From: Phoronis australis
Lineage: Eukaryota; Animalia; Phoronida
NCBI GenBank assembly: GCA_002633005.1
Contig: NMRA01000153.1
Coordinates: 187,893-251,892, forward strand
Direction of reading: 5' to 3'
DNA length: 64,000 nucleotides
Below are positions 1 to 9,010 of the stretch, piece by piece. Every line of letters starts with the position of its first letter. Position 1 is the stretch's first letter. A model generated the notes under the pieces. It saw only the letters and a program-made list of their open reading frames with translations, made no database searches and was not told the origin of the DNA. The position numbers were made by a program, and so were the translations under genes.

Positions 1-126
1 AAAAGATAAGTTTTTGGTGGCAAACGGTTTTATAGCACGTTTATGAGGAAGAGTAGAAGGACTAAAAATGCTCTTTCCAAATTAATACCATTGTTCTGTT
101 TGTAGCTCTTGGTCATTTTGTTTCAG

Positions 127-250
127 AAAAAATCCAGCAGACGGTGAAGATCGATGCTTCCACAGTTGAGATTGAGGAAAGAGGTGTCAAGCTACGGCTG
201 ACAGTAGTTGATACGCCAGGCTTCGGCGATTCTATAAATAATGGCGACTG
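127..250 (+). CDS. SEPT2: SEPT2-like septin (gene 1), internal exon with switch I and G3 motif; upstream exons lie outside the window
   Basis: tttcag acceptor, gtatgt donor; translates [42 protein letters not shown] (septin DTPGFGD). Confidence 0.95.
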
Positions 251-710
251 GTATGTGTTTGTGCCCCAATTATCGTCTGGTGGATCCGAGAATTGCTTTC
301 AGTACCTTTAATTTCTCTTGAGCTAAATTACCTTTCATGGTGTCCTTACCTCCATCAACCAAGGTTGGTGTAACACATCATCTAGGATCTTCAGTGTTTT
401 TTTTGCATTTAGTGAATTTTTTCATGGTTTTACTATAGTTGCTTGGGCAATATGCCAGTTGCCTCATCTGTTACATTGATTGACAAGTGTTATTTTACTC
501 TTATTTCTCTGTTAAACTCTTATTCTTTGCCTCTGAGGATAAAACTAATAGATAGTTATGTCTCATCAGTGGCATTCTCCTGTTCAATCCTGATCAGTTT
601 GACCAATTTACAGACTAAAAGTGTGGTATCCTGGTGAAGTCGGGCATCTGTTAGTTGTTCAGCAGTTGTGACTCGGTTAATCTCATTTGTCTTGTCTGGT
701 ATATTTTCAG

Positions 711-845
711 TTTTAAAACCATCATCCAATACATTGATGATCAGTACGAGAGGTATCTCCATGATGAGAGTGGCCTCAACCGGCGCAACATAACTGACAA
801 TAGGGTGCACTGCTGTTTTTATTTCATCAACCCAGCCGGCCATGG
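711..845 (+). CDS. SEPT2: SEPT2-like septin (gene 1) exon
   Basis: ttttcag/gtatgt; [45 protein letters not shown]; phase-compatible with flanking exons. Confidence 0.96.
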
Positions 846-854
846 GTATGTACA

Positions 855-914
855 AACATAACTGACAATAGGGTGCTCTGCTGTTTTTCTTTCATCAACC
901 CAGGCAGCAGTGGA
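855..914 (+). repeat. Intronic tandem duplicate of the 3' end of exon 711-845
   Basis: aacataactgacaatagggtgc...ttcatcaacccag repeated with 68-bp period (787 vs 855). Confidence 0.9.
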
Positions 915-1311
915 TACAAACATGTCCTAACACGGGTCAGGCATCAAAACTATTTGAACTTGCCATGAATTGCTGGTTGTCATGCCAGATGTTAAATTTA
1001 AGTTGTTGTCATTGGGTATAGAGTTAAAAATCAACTTCTACAGTTTCTACTTTCAGACAATATGTACTTTCAATACTTTGTTGATATTTGACTAAATGCT
1101 CGGACTTGTCGATATGGTCTTACATAATCTTAATGATTGTTTTTTTACTTTGTTTTCAGTAGCATAACTGCAAGCAGTCATAGTCAAAAGTTAGTTTTTT
1201 CTTCCACGGGTTTATAGAAGATTTGAGGTCATGTGACTTGTTTTTTCCATGGCCATATCGAGGGCCCAAAACACTTGTACCTGTATGTTTAAATGGTGTA
1301 CTGTGTTGTAG

Positions 1312-1429
1312 CATGAAGCCATTAGACGTTCAGTTTATGAAGGCTATTCACCACAAGGTCAATGTTGTCCCTGTCATCGCCAAGGCTGACACGCTCACAA
1401 AAACCGAGGTGCTGAAACTGAAGAGAAGG
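1312..1429 (+). CDS. SEPT2: SEPT2-like septin (gene 1) exon with G4 motif
   Basis: ttgtag/gtaagt; [39 protein letters not shown] (AKAD = G4). Confidence 0.96.
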
Positions 1430-2143
1430 GTAAGTGTGTCTGTCCAAAAGGTGGCAGTGTCTACCTTTACACCATTCATTCCAATAGTTGCGTATTGGCC
1501 ACCAAAAGGTATGTTTTGTTTTGAGCTAGTTTATAGCCCAACTAAAGATTTCAATGGCGAGCGATGTTTGAGAATTGAGGTTTGATTTTACATTTTGAGC
1601 TGGTTCTTCATTTCTGCATCTTGAACAAATACGTTGGTATGGTGTTTAAAGAAACTAGGGTGTTCCCTTGAGTTTCAGATGGTAGACGGTCTCCAAAGTA
1701 AAACTGTTTACAACCATTGTCACAAATCTGTGCAAATTTCTGTACGAGTACCTGTCAAAGTTAAAAAGTGTCGTTTCCGATGAATTGGGTATTATTGGTA
1801 TTAAACTTGTGCCAACTGTCACTCACCTATCATCTCGTGAACTTTCTGCTGCTTAGTATATTGCACTAAATGTTGCAGAGAGGCAGACTCGGGCGAATAC
1901 TGATATAAAACAACTATAAACCCACTTTCCGCCACGAAGACCAATTTTTTGTTTAGACCACCTACCTTCATGAAATTGTCTCAAAATTTTCCTTAACGAA
2001 AATAGGTGTGATTTCCGGGCATGGAAATAACCGACAGTCTTTTGTAGCTCGATAGCAGGCTGTAAAGGTTAACCTGCCACAGTGTGTTGTCACTGCGTGC
2101 CGTTTGTTTCTCCGGACATGGTCTTCAGGAATGACGATCTGGC

Positions 2144-2321
2144 AATTGACCTATCACCAGGATTTTAAATGAAGGCTTAACTGACCAATCAGAACGCAGC
2201 ATTCTTGACACACCTTCGTTTCCAAGCCGCCATTTTACCCGACAAACAACAGGTTGCCGGGTAAAACTTATTGTTTGTCTGTCAACATTGCGCAAGGGGT
2301 GGAGCTTGCAATAGGTCAATT
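2144..2321. mobile_element. Small unclassified MITE-like element
   Basis: 11-bp perfect TIR AATTGACCTAT/ATAGGTCAATT around a CpG-richer interior. Confidence 0.4.
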
Positions 2322-2519
2322 CTTTGCTAGACTAAAAATCTTGGTTTCTTTGATGGAGAGCGAGTTTATAGCTGTTCTAAATCACTTTTATTGAGTATTG
2401 TTTACCAGAATTGTTAATGTTACACTACGCTTCATTAGGCTGCATAAAGCAGATTTTTTATTCTTACGTGGTCTGAAATGCTTTATAATATGATTTTGCT
2501 TGTTTTCGGCATTTCATAG

Positions 2520-2621
2520 ATACTAGATGAGATAGGCGACCATGGAATACAGATCTACACTTTACCTGAGTGTGATGATGATGAAGATGAAGAATTTAAA
2601 GAGCAGTGTCAACAGCTAAAG
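2520..2621 (+). CDS. SEPT2: SEPT2-like septin (gene 1) exon
   Basis: ttcatag/gtaaga; [34 protein letters not shown]. Confidence 0.95.
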
Positions 2622-3236
2622 GTAAGAAATTAGTGTAATATAAATGACAATATAAAAATATCTTAAAACGGACAATCACCGCACAAATGAAAAAATTCAT
2701 ATTGATTCAACGTTTCGTCTATTCATTAGACATCATCAGGTTATAAACAATAAGACATCAAATTTCGATATACCAGCCATGTTACATCCATGAAGTGAAA
2801 TGAGTGAGGCAAAAAACTGATGTAATTATAAATATCTTGTCTCTTAAAGTAAAGGCTTAAGCGGAGGCATTTTTGATAGTATGTTAAGTAAAAATACAAA
2901 TCATATCCGATCATGTAAGATACATTTGTCTGTGTTAATTGGTCTATTGAGGGTAAAACGTTAGTTTTCCCCAACAACGTTCTAATTTGTCGTGCTGCAA
3001 CTACAAGGTTTTGCTTAAAAAATTCATTAGATTGCAAGTTAGCTTAATATTGTGTCGTGTACAGATAGGACAGTCAAGAAAGAACGAAGTGCCTCTATAA
3101 AGCAAACAAAGGCAGGCAACTAAAATCGATCACTTGATGTTATACAAACCATGATGTGGCTAGATTACTTAGTTATTCCTTGTGTCACAGCTCCAGTCTA
3201 GACCTAGTAGTGATGGATCCATATTCTGTTGTATAT

Positions 3237-3319
3237 TGTGCAACTCATGACCAGCTCCTGGTTGTGATGTGATGTTTATTAACACAATAACACAATCAGG
3301 AGCCAGAAATTAGAACACA
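3237..3319 (-). ncRNA. Singleton pre-miRNA-like hairpin at the distal end of the cluster
   Basis: CUGGCUCCUGAUUGUG/CACAACCAGGAGCUGG long stem with basal AAUUU/GAGUU and UGUGU/GCACA pairs. Confidence 0.5.
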
Positions 3320-3323
3320 GGCT

Positions 3324-3400
3324 GACGCCAAGGGACTGAAATTAAAGGGAGCTAATTATAATGTAGACATTAACTCAGCGAACACTTCAATACTAGCGAC
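3324..3400 (-). ncRNA. Diverged family-2-like hairpin d
   Basis: GAGUUAAU/AUUAGCUC and AUUGAAGU/AUUUCAGU stems; flanking similarity to copies a-c. Confidence 0.35.
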
Positions 3401-3512
3401 ACCTATTGCGAGTTACTCATCAGGTGCAAAGTAAACAGATACACTTATTTGTGGAATTGTTAAGTCTAGAAGCCGTTTTCCAATGAATGTGAACACAGAA
3501 CTCAGGTGATAT

Positions 3513-3596
3513 TGGGTGCACCTATTTTTGGAACTGTCAACACTAGAATCTGTCCTAACTAGTGCTTGGCAGTTGCCAAATACAAGTGAACAACTA
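3513..3596 (-). ncRNA. Family-1 pre-miRNA-like hairpin A; 5p UUUGGCAACUGCCAAGCACUAG (3580-3559)
   Basis: Stem UUUGG-C-AACUGCCAA-G-CACUAG / CUAGUG-UUGACAGUU-CCAAA, 12-nt loop, lower stem, CNNC (CACC) about 17 nt after predicted 3' cut. Confidence 0.6.
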
Positions 3597-3660
3597 AACA
3601 TCGTTATAAACAGTTAATAACTTTCAGCAACCAATATGAACTTAGAAATACCGTGATCAC

Positions 3661-3735
3661 TGAGTGTTTGGAACTGCCAAAGGTAGAATCAATATCACTA
3701 GCAATTGACCATTGCCAAATTAAACTGGACATCCA
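3661..3735 (-). ncRNA. Family-1 hairpin B (degenerate lower stem); 5p UUUGGCAAUGGUCAAUUGCUAG (3719-3698)
   Basis: Paralogue of A; first 12 nt identical to vertebrate miR-182-5p; deletion in the basal stem. Confidence 0.4.
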
Positions 3736-3829
3736 GACTTCATGTCATGGTCATTCGACTTATAAACAGATACAACTATCTACAAACTTGTACTGCGAAT
3801 TCAAACAAACATAGAAATACTGTGATCAT

Positions 3830-3912
3830 AGAATGCACTTGTGTTTGGAACAGTTAAGGCCAGAAGCTATTTAACTTGTGGTTGGCAGTTGCCAAATTAA
3901 AGTGAACACCCA
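3830..3912 (-). ncRNA. Family-1 hairpin C; 5p UUUGGCAACUGCCAACCACAAG (3896-3875)
   Basis: Paralogue of A with a weaker upper stem. Confidence 0.45.
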
Positions 3913-4043
3913 TACGTCCCAGTTTGATTTTATTATAAAATAGTTGAATTTGATGTGCTTTCATAGCTTCGTAAAAACTGGAGAGTTCGTTATTGCTTAA
4001 TATCAATAGTACTGATACTTGATGAGAATTGTGAAAGCGAAAC

Positions 4044-4116
4044 ATGGCAGTACCATCAAAATGAACAGTGCTAATTACAATCTCATCAGCACTGAAGCCT
4101 TTAACACTACAACCAC
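4044..4116 (-). ncRNA. Family-2 pre-miRNA-like hairpin a; conserved 3p arm AUUAGCACUGUUCAUUUUGAU (4075-4055)
   Basis: CAGUGCUGAU/AUUAGCACUG upper stem plus G:U-rich lower stem. Confidence 0.55.
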
Positions 4117-4159
4117 ACTATTGAGATTGAGAGTCATTGTAACAGTAATACCTAAACAT

Positions 4160-4380
4160 CAGGGCTTGGAATGACCAATGACAAAAAACGCGGAAACTTT
4201 GAAACTTTTACGGCCCAAATCATGCCCGATAACCATCCTTGAAATGGTCAATGTGACAAAAAACCGGGAGGACTAAAAAAAAAAAAAAACGTTACCACCA
4301 TCAGTAGCATGCGTCTGCGTCCTTTTAGCTCGCCCGTCCACTCCCAACCCACACATTTTTGGCTGCAGAGCGGTAGTATT
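4160..4380 (-). mobile_element. hAT-like MITE, inverted partial copy of 11506-12014, truncated at the assembly gap
   Basis: Near-identical reverse complement of about 11783-12014, starting with TIR CAGGGCTTGGAAT. Confidence 0.9.
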
Positions 4381-4387
4381 TGTCACT

Positions 4388-4541
4388 NNNNNNNNNNNNN
4401 NNNNNNNNNNNNNNNNNNNNNNNNNNNNNNNNNNNNNNNNNNNNNNNNNNNNNNNNNNNNNNNNNNNNNNNNNNNNNNNNNNNNNNNNNNNNNNNNNNNN
4501 NNNNNNNNNNNNNNNNNNNNNNNNNNNNNNNNNNNNNNNNN
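4388..4541. other. Assembly gap (N run)
   Basis: 154 Ns. Confidence 1.
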
Positions 4542-4644
4542 CTTCTCATGATGGTAATTCGATTCGTGAGGAGATCAACAACTCTCTAAAATTGTATAGC
4601 AACTACAACCGTAAAAATATGACAATCATTGAGGATTCTTAAGT

Positions 4645-4714
4645 GCTTGGCACCAGTAATATTGATAAGCGATGAGAAGTGTGAAAGCTACTCATCACAC
4701 CGGATTGTGCTAGC
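4645..4714 (-). ncRNA. Family-3 weak hairpin (near-identical copy at 5877-5946)
   Basis: GUGAUGAG/CUCAUCGC stem; the gtgaaagc motif (plus strand) recurs near 4031, 4884 and, as atgaaagc, 5357. Confidence 0.3.
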
Positions 4715-4936
4715 CTGTTTTTTATCAGCTATCCACAACCTTGTGTAATGAACAGAGTCCACTAGTTAAGAAAAGATGGCAATAAGGTATTGCTTAAATG
4801 AAGACTAATTATGAATGATGAGATTAATAGCCTGTCAAGCCTAAAAATTAACATCCACAGAACTCATGAGGGTCATGGTGTGGTGTGAAAGCTATAACTT
4901 CTACATTAAACACAAGCATAGGAATACGATGGTCAT

Positions 4937-5016
4937 TGATTGCACTTGTGTTTGGAATTGTCAAGGCTAGAATCTATTTAACTAGCTTTTAACAATGCCA
5001 AATTAAAGTGAACGTA
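4937..5016 (-). ncRNA. Family-1 hairpin D; 5p UUUGGCAUUGUUAAAAGCUAGU (5002-4981)
   Basis: AUUGUUAA/UUGACAAU and GCUAG/CUAGC pairing; CNNC (CAUC) about 18 nt downstream. Confidence 0.55.
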
Positions 5017-5062
5017 CACTTCCCATGATGGTCATTCCATTCATAAGCAGATAAGGTGATCA

Positions 5063-5147
5063 TTGGGTGCACCTATTTTTGGAACTGTCAAGACTAGAAT
5101 CTGTTCAACGAGTTCTTGGCAGTTGCCAAATCTAAATGAACACCCAA
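5063..5147 (-). ncRNA. Family-1 hairpin E; 5p UUUGGCAACUGCCAAGAACUCG (5130-5109)
   Basis: UUGGGUG/CACCCAA and CAUUUA/UAGGUG basal stem; AACUGCCAAGA/UCUUGACAGUU upper stem; CNNC (CACC) about 18 nt downstream. Confidence 0.6.
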
Positions 5148-5208
5148 ACTTGCCACGATGGTCATCATTTTTAACAGATAATTACTATGAACAAGTTGAA
5201 AAAACATG

Positions 5209-5275
5209 CCAGTATTATCAAAATGAACAGTGCTAATTACAATCTCATCAGCATTGAACATTTCAACAATACCAC
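5209..5275 (-). ncRNA. Family-2 hairpin b; 3p arm identical to copy a (5237-5217)
   Basis: 14 consecutive pairs GUAUUGUUGAAAUG/CAUUUUGAUAAUAC (3 G:U), then CAAUGCUGAU/AUUAGCACUG. Confidence 0.62.
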
Positions 5276-5521
5276 CAAGCTATTAAAATTGAGAATCATC
5301 GTAATATTATTTAAAAACTGAAACACTAATGATGACGATGCATGTTGAGCGCACCTATGAAAGCTACTTATTACTCTAGTTTTTGTTGCCACATGGTTAT
5401 TGACTATTTACTTTTACATCCAATTTCCGAAATAAGTTAACTGTCAAAGTACTAGTGATATCACTGCAAAAACTGTCCAAGAATTTCTGCATTGAATACG
5501 AATATGGAATACAATGGTTAT

Positions 5522-5603
5522 TGTGTGCACTTGTGTTTGGAAATGTCAAGGCCAGATTCCATTTAACTGGCTCTTAACAATGCCAAATTAAAGTGAACAC
5601 ATA
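5522..5603 (-). ncRNA. Family-1 hairpin F; 5p UUUGGCAUUGUUAAGAGCCAGU (5587-5566)
   Basis: GCCAG/CUGGC is a compensatory change relative to GCUAG/CUAGC in D. Confidence 0.6.
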
Positions 5604-5687
5604 CACTTCTCATGGTGGTCATTGTATTTATAAGGAGACGACTACAAATTTGTACAGTGAATACGAACATAGAAATATAGTGATCAT

Positions 5688-5771
5688 TGAGTGCAGTTAT
5701 GTTTGGAACTGTCAAAGCTAGAATCTAATGTTAACCAGCTGTTAACAATGCCAAATCCAAATGAACACCCA
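5688..5771 (-). ncRNA. Family-1 hairpin G; 5p UUUGGCAUUGUUAACAGCUGGU (5755-5734)
   Basis: UUGUUAA/UUGACAG, AGCUGG/CUAGCU and GGGUG/CACUC pair fully only on the minus strand (G:U). Confidence 0.58.
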
Positions 5772-6015
5772 CACTTCTCATGATGGTAATTCGATTCGTG
5801 AGGAGATCAACAACTCTCTAAAATTGTATAGCAACTACAACCGTAAAAATATGACAATCGTTGAGGATTCTTAAGTGCTTGGCACCAGTAATATTGATGA
5901 GCGATGAGAAGTGTGAAAGCTACTCATCACACCGGATTGTGCTAGCCTGTTTTGTATCAGCTATCCACAACCTTGTGTAATGAAAAGAATTCACTAGTTC
6001 ACAGTTGACAAAACT

Positions 6016-6089
6016 TGACAATATTATTAAAGTGGGCAGTGCTAATTAGAGTATTATGACCACCACTGTACAGTTCAACACCACTGCCA
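6016..6089 (-). ncRNA. Family-2 hairpin c; 3p arm AUUAGCACUGCCCACUUUAAU
   Basis: UGGCAGUG/UAUUGUCA, UGUUGAA/UUUAAUA and CAGUG/CACUG pairing on the minus strand. Confidence 0.58.
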
Positions 6090-6262
6090 TGCTATTGAGA
6101 ATTAAATTTGTGGCTAGACATGTTTTGTTGGAATTATTAAGTCTAGAAACAATATCATTTACACTTGACAATTGACTTTTGAGTGATAAATCTACCATAT
6201 GAAATTCACGGAAAATTGACCGGTGTTCTTGTTGAGGTCAAGAAATTGTTGAGAATTTATTG

Positions 6263-6334
6263 TGCGTAGAACTACACTGGAGTGTGCCGACATTAAATCT
6301 CAGCCAGCACATCTTCAGTGCAATAAACTACACA
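6263..6334 (-). ncRNA. Hairpin e (family-2-like loop); 5p arm contains UAUUGCACUGAAGAUGUGCUGG
   Basis: About 20-bp upper stem plus UGUGUAG/CUACGCA basal stem; first hairpin after the donor at 6447. Confidence 0.58.
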
Positions 6335-6447
6335 ACTGCTGGTGCAATTAGAAACACCCCACAAGACTTAAAATTTCTGTCAAAGTTGCTGTTAAAGACC
6401 CATGACTGAAACTCAATAGTTTCGTTGGTGGACGCCGAGTTACTCAC

Positions 6448-6548
6448 CTTGACTACATTGGATCTCTGAGGAAGCTTGTGCATCATAATTCTCTGACCAG
6501 TTTTCCCACATAACTCTGAGTGTACATTGCTCAGGAAAAGAGGTGACT
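6448..6548 (-). ncRNA. Putative first exon of the antisense host (pri-miRNA) transcript
   Basis: Starts at Inr TCA(+1)GT (6548) and ends at AAG/GTGAGT donor (6447-6442); the ATGs it contains open only short frames. Confidence 0.55.
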
Positions 6549-6660
6549 GATTTTGGGGTATCATTGCAGTGTTTAAATAGCCCACCAGTGTAGGATCCCT
6601 CTCTGGAAGTAACCAATCAGCAAGCATATCACGTTGTCCAATCAAGCGAAAAATGATTGG
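6546..6660 (-). promoter_or_regulatory. Pol II core promoter: Inr TCAGT (6550-6546), TATA TATTTAAA (6579-6572), three CCAAT boxes (6613-6617, 6638-6642, 6656-6660)
   Basis: TATA starts exactly 31 nt upstream of the Inr A; CCAAT boxes at about -65 to -112. Confidence 0.65.
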
Positions 6661-6840
6661 TCACAGGCATCAGTCCTGGAGAGGGAGTTCAGGCCTATTC
6701 ATGGATTTAACTGGACAGGATTGCCTGGGGGATTAGTACCCACTGGGATTAACAATCAACATACAAACTGTTGGCATCTGTCTACCTCATACTGTAGCAC
6801 ACCTCATAATTACCTTAAATTTGTTGGGGGTAGTGTACTG
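6661..6840. promoter_or_regulatory. Repeated GGATTA module copy 1
   Basis: Core atggatttaactggacaggattgcctgggggattagtacccactgggattaac; GGATTA at 6730 and 6746. Confidence 0.5.
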
Positions 6841-7429
6841 AAAGTTTACTTTGAACTAGTAAATTTTCAAAAAATGACATGTTTGGTACAAATTCATGCA
6901 TCTTTGTAAGGTCTTAATACTGTAGGTTATCTTTTATGTGATGAATACAACAATAACAAGGTTTTTATGGACTTGTTCTATTTCCTTGGCCATAAATTAG
7001 TTTTGAAATATTAAAGATTTGATATTTTTTATTTCTCACTGTTTTCATTTTATTTTCAAATCTGTTGGTTAAAATAATCATGTAAGATACTTTTTCGTAA
7101 ATAAATTCTATCCTAAATGATTTAAACTACAGTAAATGCAAGTGTTGATTTTGCTTTTAGTAGCTTTTAAGCTAGTTAAATAGATTTATGTTTTGTGTGT
7201 CTAATAAATGAAGTTGGCATCCAAAAAGCATACATTTCATTTTAGAATAATAATCCAATCGTAATTTTCAATTTCAACATTTTTGTTCTGATCAGTATTG
7301 ATTTTAAGATCTAGTGCTTCCAAGTATTGTTAGATTTGTCTCTGTTTAAAACAAATAGATGTTGGTGTTTGTGTTTTTTTATCTTTATCTTTTGTAATTT
7401 TTTCTCGTACCACAGACTAAGAATGGTGC

Positions 7430-8550
7430 TGTGATTTGGGCGTAATATTCATTTAATTTCTGGGTAGGTTCTTTTAGACTAGATTGTTTGCTATCAAATT
7501 AATGAGTTAAAGACACTGTTGAACTGTCAAATATTCGTCTTCTTGGTTATTTTATATCTTTACTTGGTTTAACTAAAGCAATAAAAGTGCTTGAATATAT
7601 ATATATACAAATCAGTAATATTCGTATCGTGATATTTTTAATCTTTTGTTACTGGACATATTGTTATCAATTTTCAGGAAACAATGTATTTTTGAATATC
7701 TTGAGTACAGAATAAAATAGATGGTCTTCCATAATTGTTTTGTTTTCATAACCCAACTTGTTGCATCATATTTATTTGTTGTGTTCTCTTCACTTAATTA
7801 TATCTCGCAACTTATAAAATATGAACAAGTTCTGAACTATACTTAAAAATTATAAAATGTTATCACTGACAGTTTTTTAATTATAAATTGTAGTATTTTG
7901 TCTCTCGTTAAACTTTCACATGTTTTACTGCTGAATATAATTATTTTTATTTTCTGTTCCTATGTGGAAATGATTTTGTCCATGAAATTAGTCCTGCTTG
8001 TTTTTGTTACAAGATGCTTTCTGAATTTAATTTTTTGGTAATTCTCTTAAATCATGGCCTTGTATTTGTTGAGTGAATGGGTGTAATATTGTTTTAATTT
8101 CTGGATTGTTTTTTGGGCTATAATTGATAGCTATCAAAGTAACCAGTAAAAGACTGCTGGTTGGTCAAAATATATTTTTTCTTGGATTATTTTGGAAATA
8201 AAACCACCTAGAAATTCATAACTACTGTTTAAGATTTACAGATTTATAATATTCATGCCATTAATTTTAATCTTTTCCTACTGAATGTATAATTATCAAT
8301 TTACAGAAAACCCTATATCTTTAAATATCTCAGCACATGATAAAGTATATCATCTCCCGTGTTTTTATGCAAGTAACCCAACTTGCTGCATCATTGATAT
8401 TTATCTGTAGTGTTTTCTCCACTAAGTTATGTCATGGTATAAGTTTTTAAGGTGTAAATTTATGTTGTTAAACTTTCACATGTTTCACTACTGAATGTAA
8501 TTTATGTTTATTTTCTGTTGGTTGTAAGATGTTTTCTGAATTTAACATTT
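7430..8550. repeat. Old direct duplication (about 7430-7960 vs 8080-8550)
   Basis: Shared blocks gtaatatt..ttaatttctgg, gctatcaaa, taacccaacttg..gcatcat, gttaaactttcacatgttt..ctgaat. Confidence 0.7.
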
Positions 8551-8822
8551 TCCTACATTACAGTGTGAAACAAAAAGAAACAACATGCCTAAAAAGCAAT
8601 TAGTAAAGCACATTTTTTTTCTTTTCAATTATACTGGGCAATCATATTTTGAAGACCCAGTGTTTTTGATTTAAGACAGTTAAACTGATGCATGATTTAA
8701 AAGATATTTTTTACCACAGCACTTTTACAATTTTTACCCTATCTCCCTTATCCAAATAACCCAATTCCCCTAACCATGTCTTTTCAAATTTGTTCCTTGT
8801 TGTTAAATTAAGGAGGTTCTCT

Positions 8823-9010
8823 ATAACCTGTTTGATCTATTGACTGGTATGGTGAGGGACATTATCCCACTCAGTGATTTAACTAGGCAGGGTTACCCAT
8901 GGGGATTAGTGCCTGCTGGGATAAACTGCCAACTGGTGGTGTGTAGTTGCAGCTGTCTATTTCATGCTGTTAACCTGAGAATAGTTTCTTTTCATTTAAA
9001 AAGGTGTAGT
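8823..9010. promoter_or_regulatory. Repeated GGATTA module copy 2
   Basis: gtgatttaactaggcagggttacccatggggattagtgcctgctgggataaac; GGATTA at 8903. Confidence 0.5.

Larger units (their letters stand above)
3237..6334 (-). ncRNA. Putative polycistronic microRNA cluster (about 15 pre-miRNA-like hairpins), antisense inside the septin intron
   Basis: Repeated 70-85-nt stem-loops; most G:U pairs form only on the minus strand; compensatory changes between paralogues; lies just downstream of a minus-strand promoter and first exon. Confidence 0.65.

Noticed and set aside
3247-3310. SECIS-like ATGA...GA arrangement on the plus strand
   Set aside because: Helix too long, no apical AA at the expected distance, and intronic location
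3567-3579. TTGGC..GCCAA as an NFI binding site
   Set aside because: Spacer is 4 nt rather than 5, and it is not conserved in all copies
3500-5800. CRISPR-like or plain satellite interpretation of the repeated units
   Set aside because: Eukaryotic intron, no cas genes; units are long, diverged and irregularly spaced; fold-back with compensatory changes fits RNA hairpins better
3279-6486. Spliced 31-aa micropeptide MMHKLPQRSNVVK/SLGVSLCSNFWLLIVLLC (donor 6447 to acceptor 3336), superficially like sarcolipin/phospholamban (LxxNF)
   Set aside because: The hydrophobic stretch is too short for a transmembrane helix, two other ATGs lie upstream, and both the acceptor and the ORF overlap hairpin arms that explain the sequence better
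8862-8930. Translation RQGYPWGLVP resembling the septin YPWG motif (possible duplicated alternative exon)
   Set aside because: The other four module copies have indels or stops in this frame and lack splice sites
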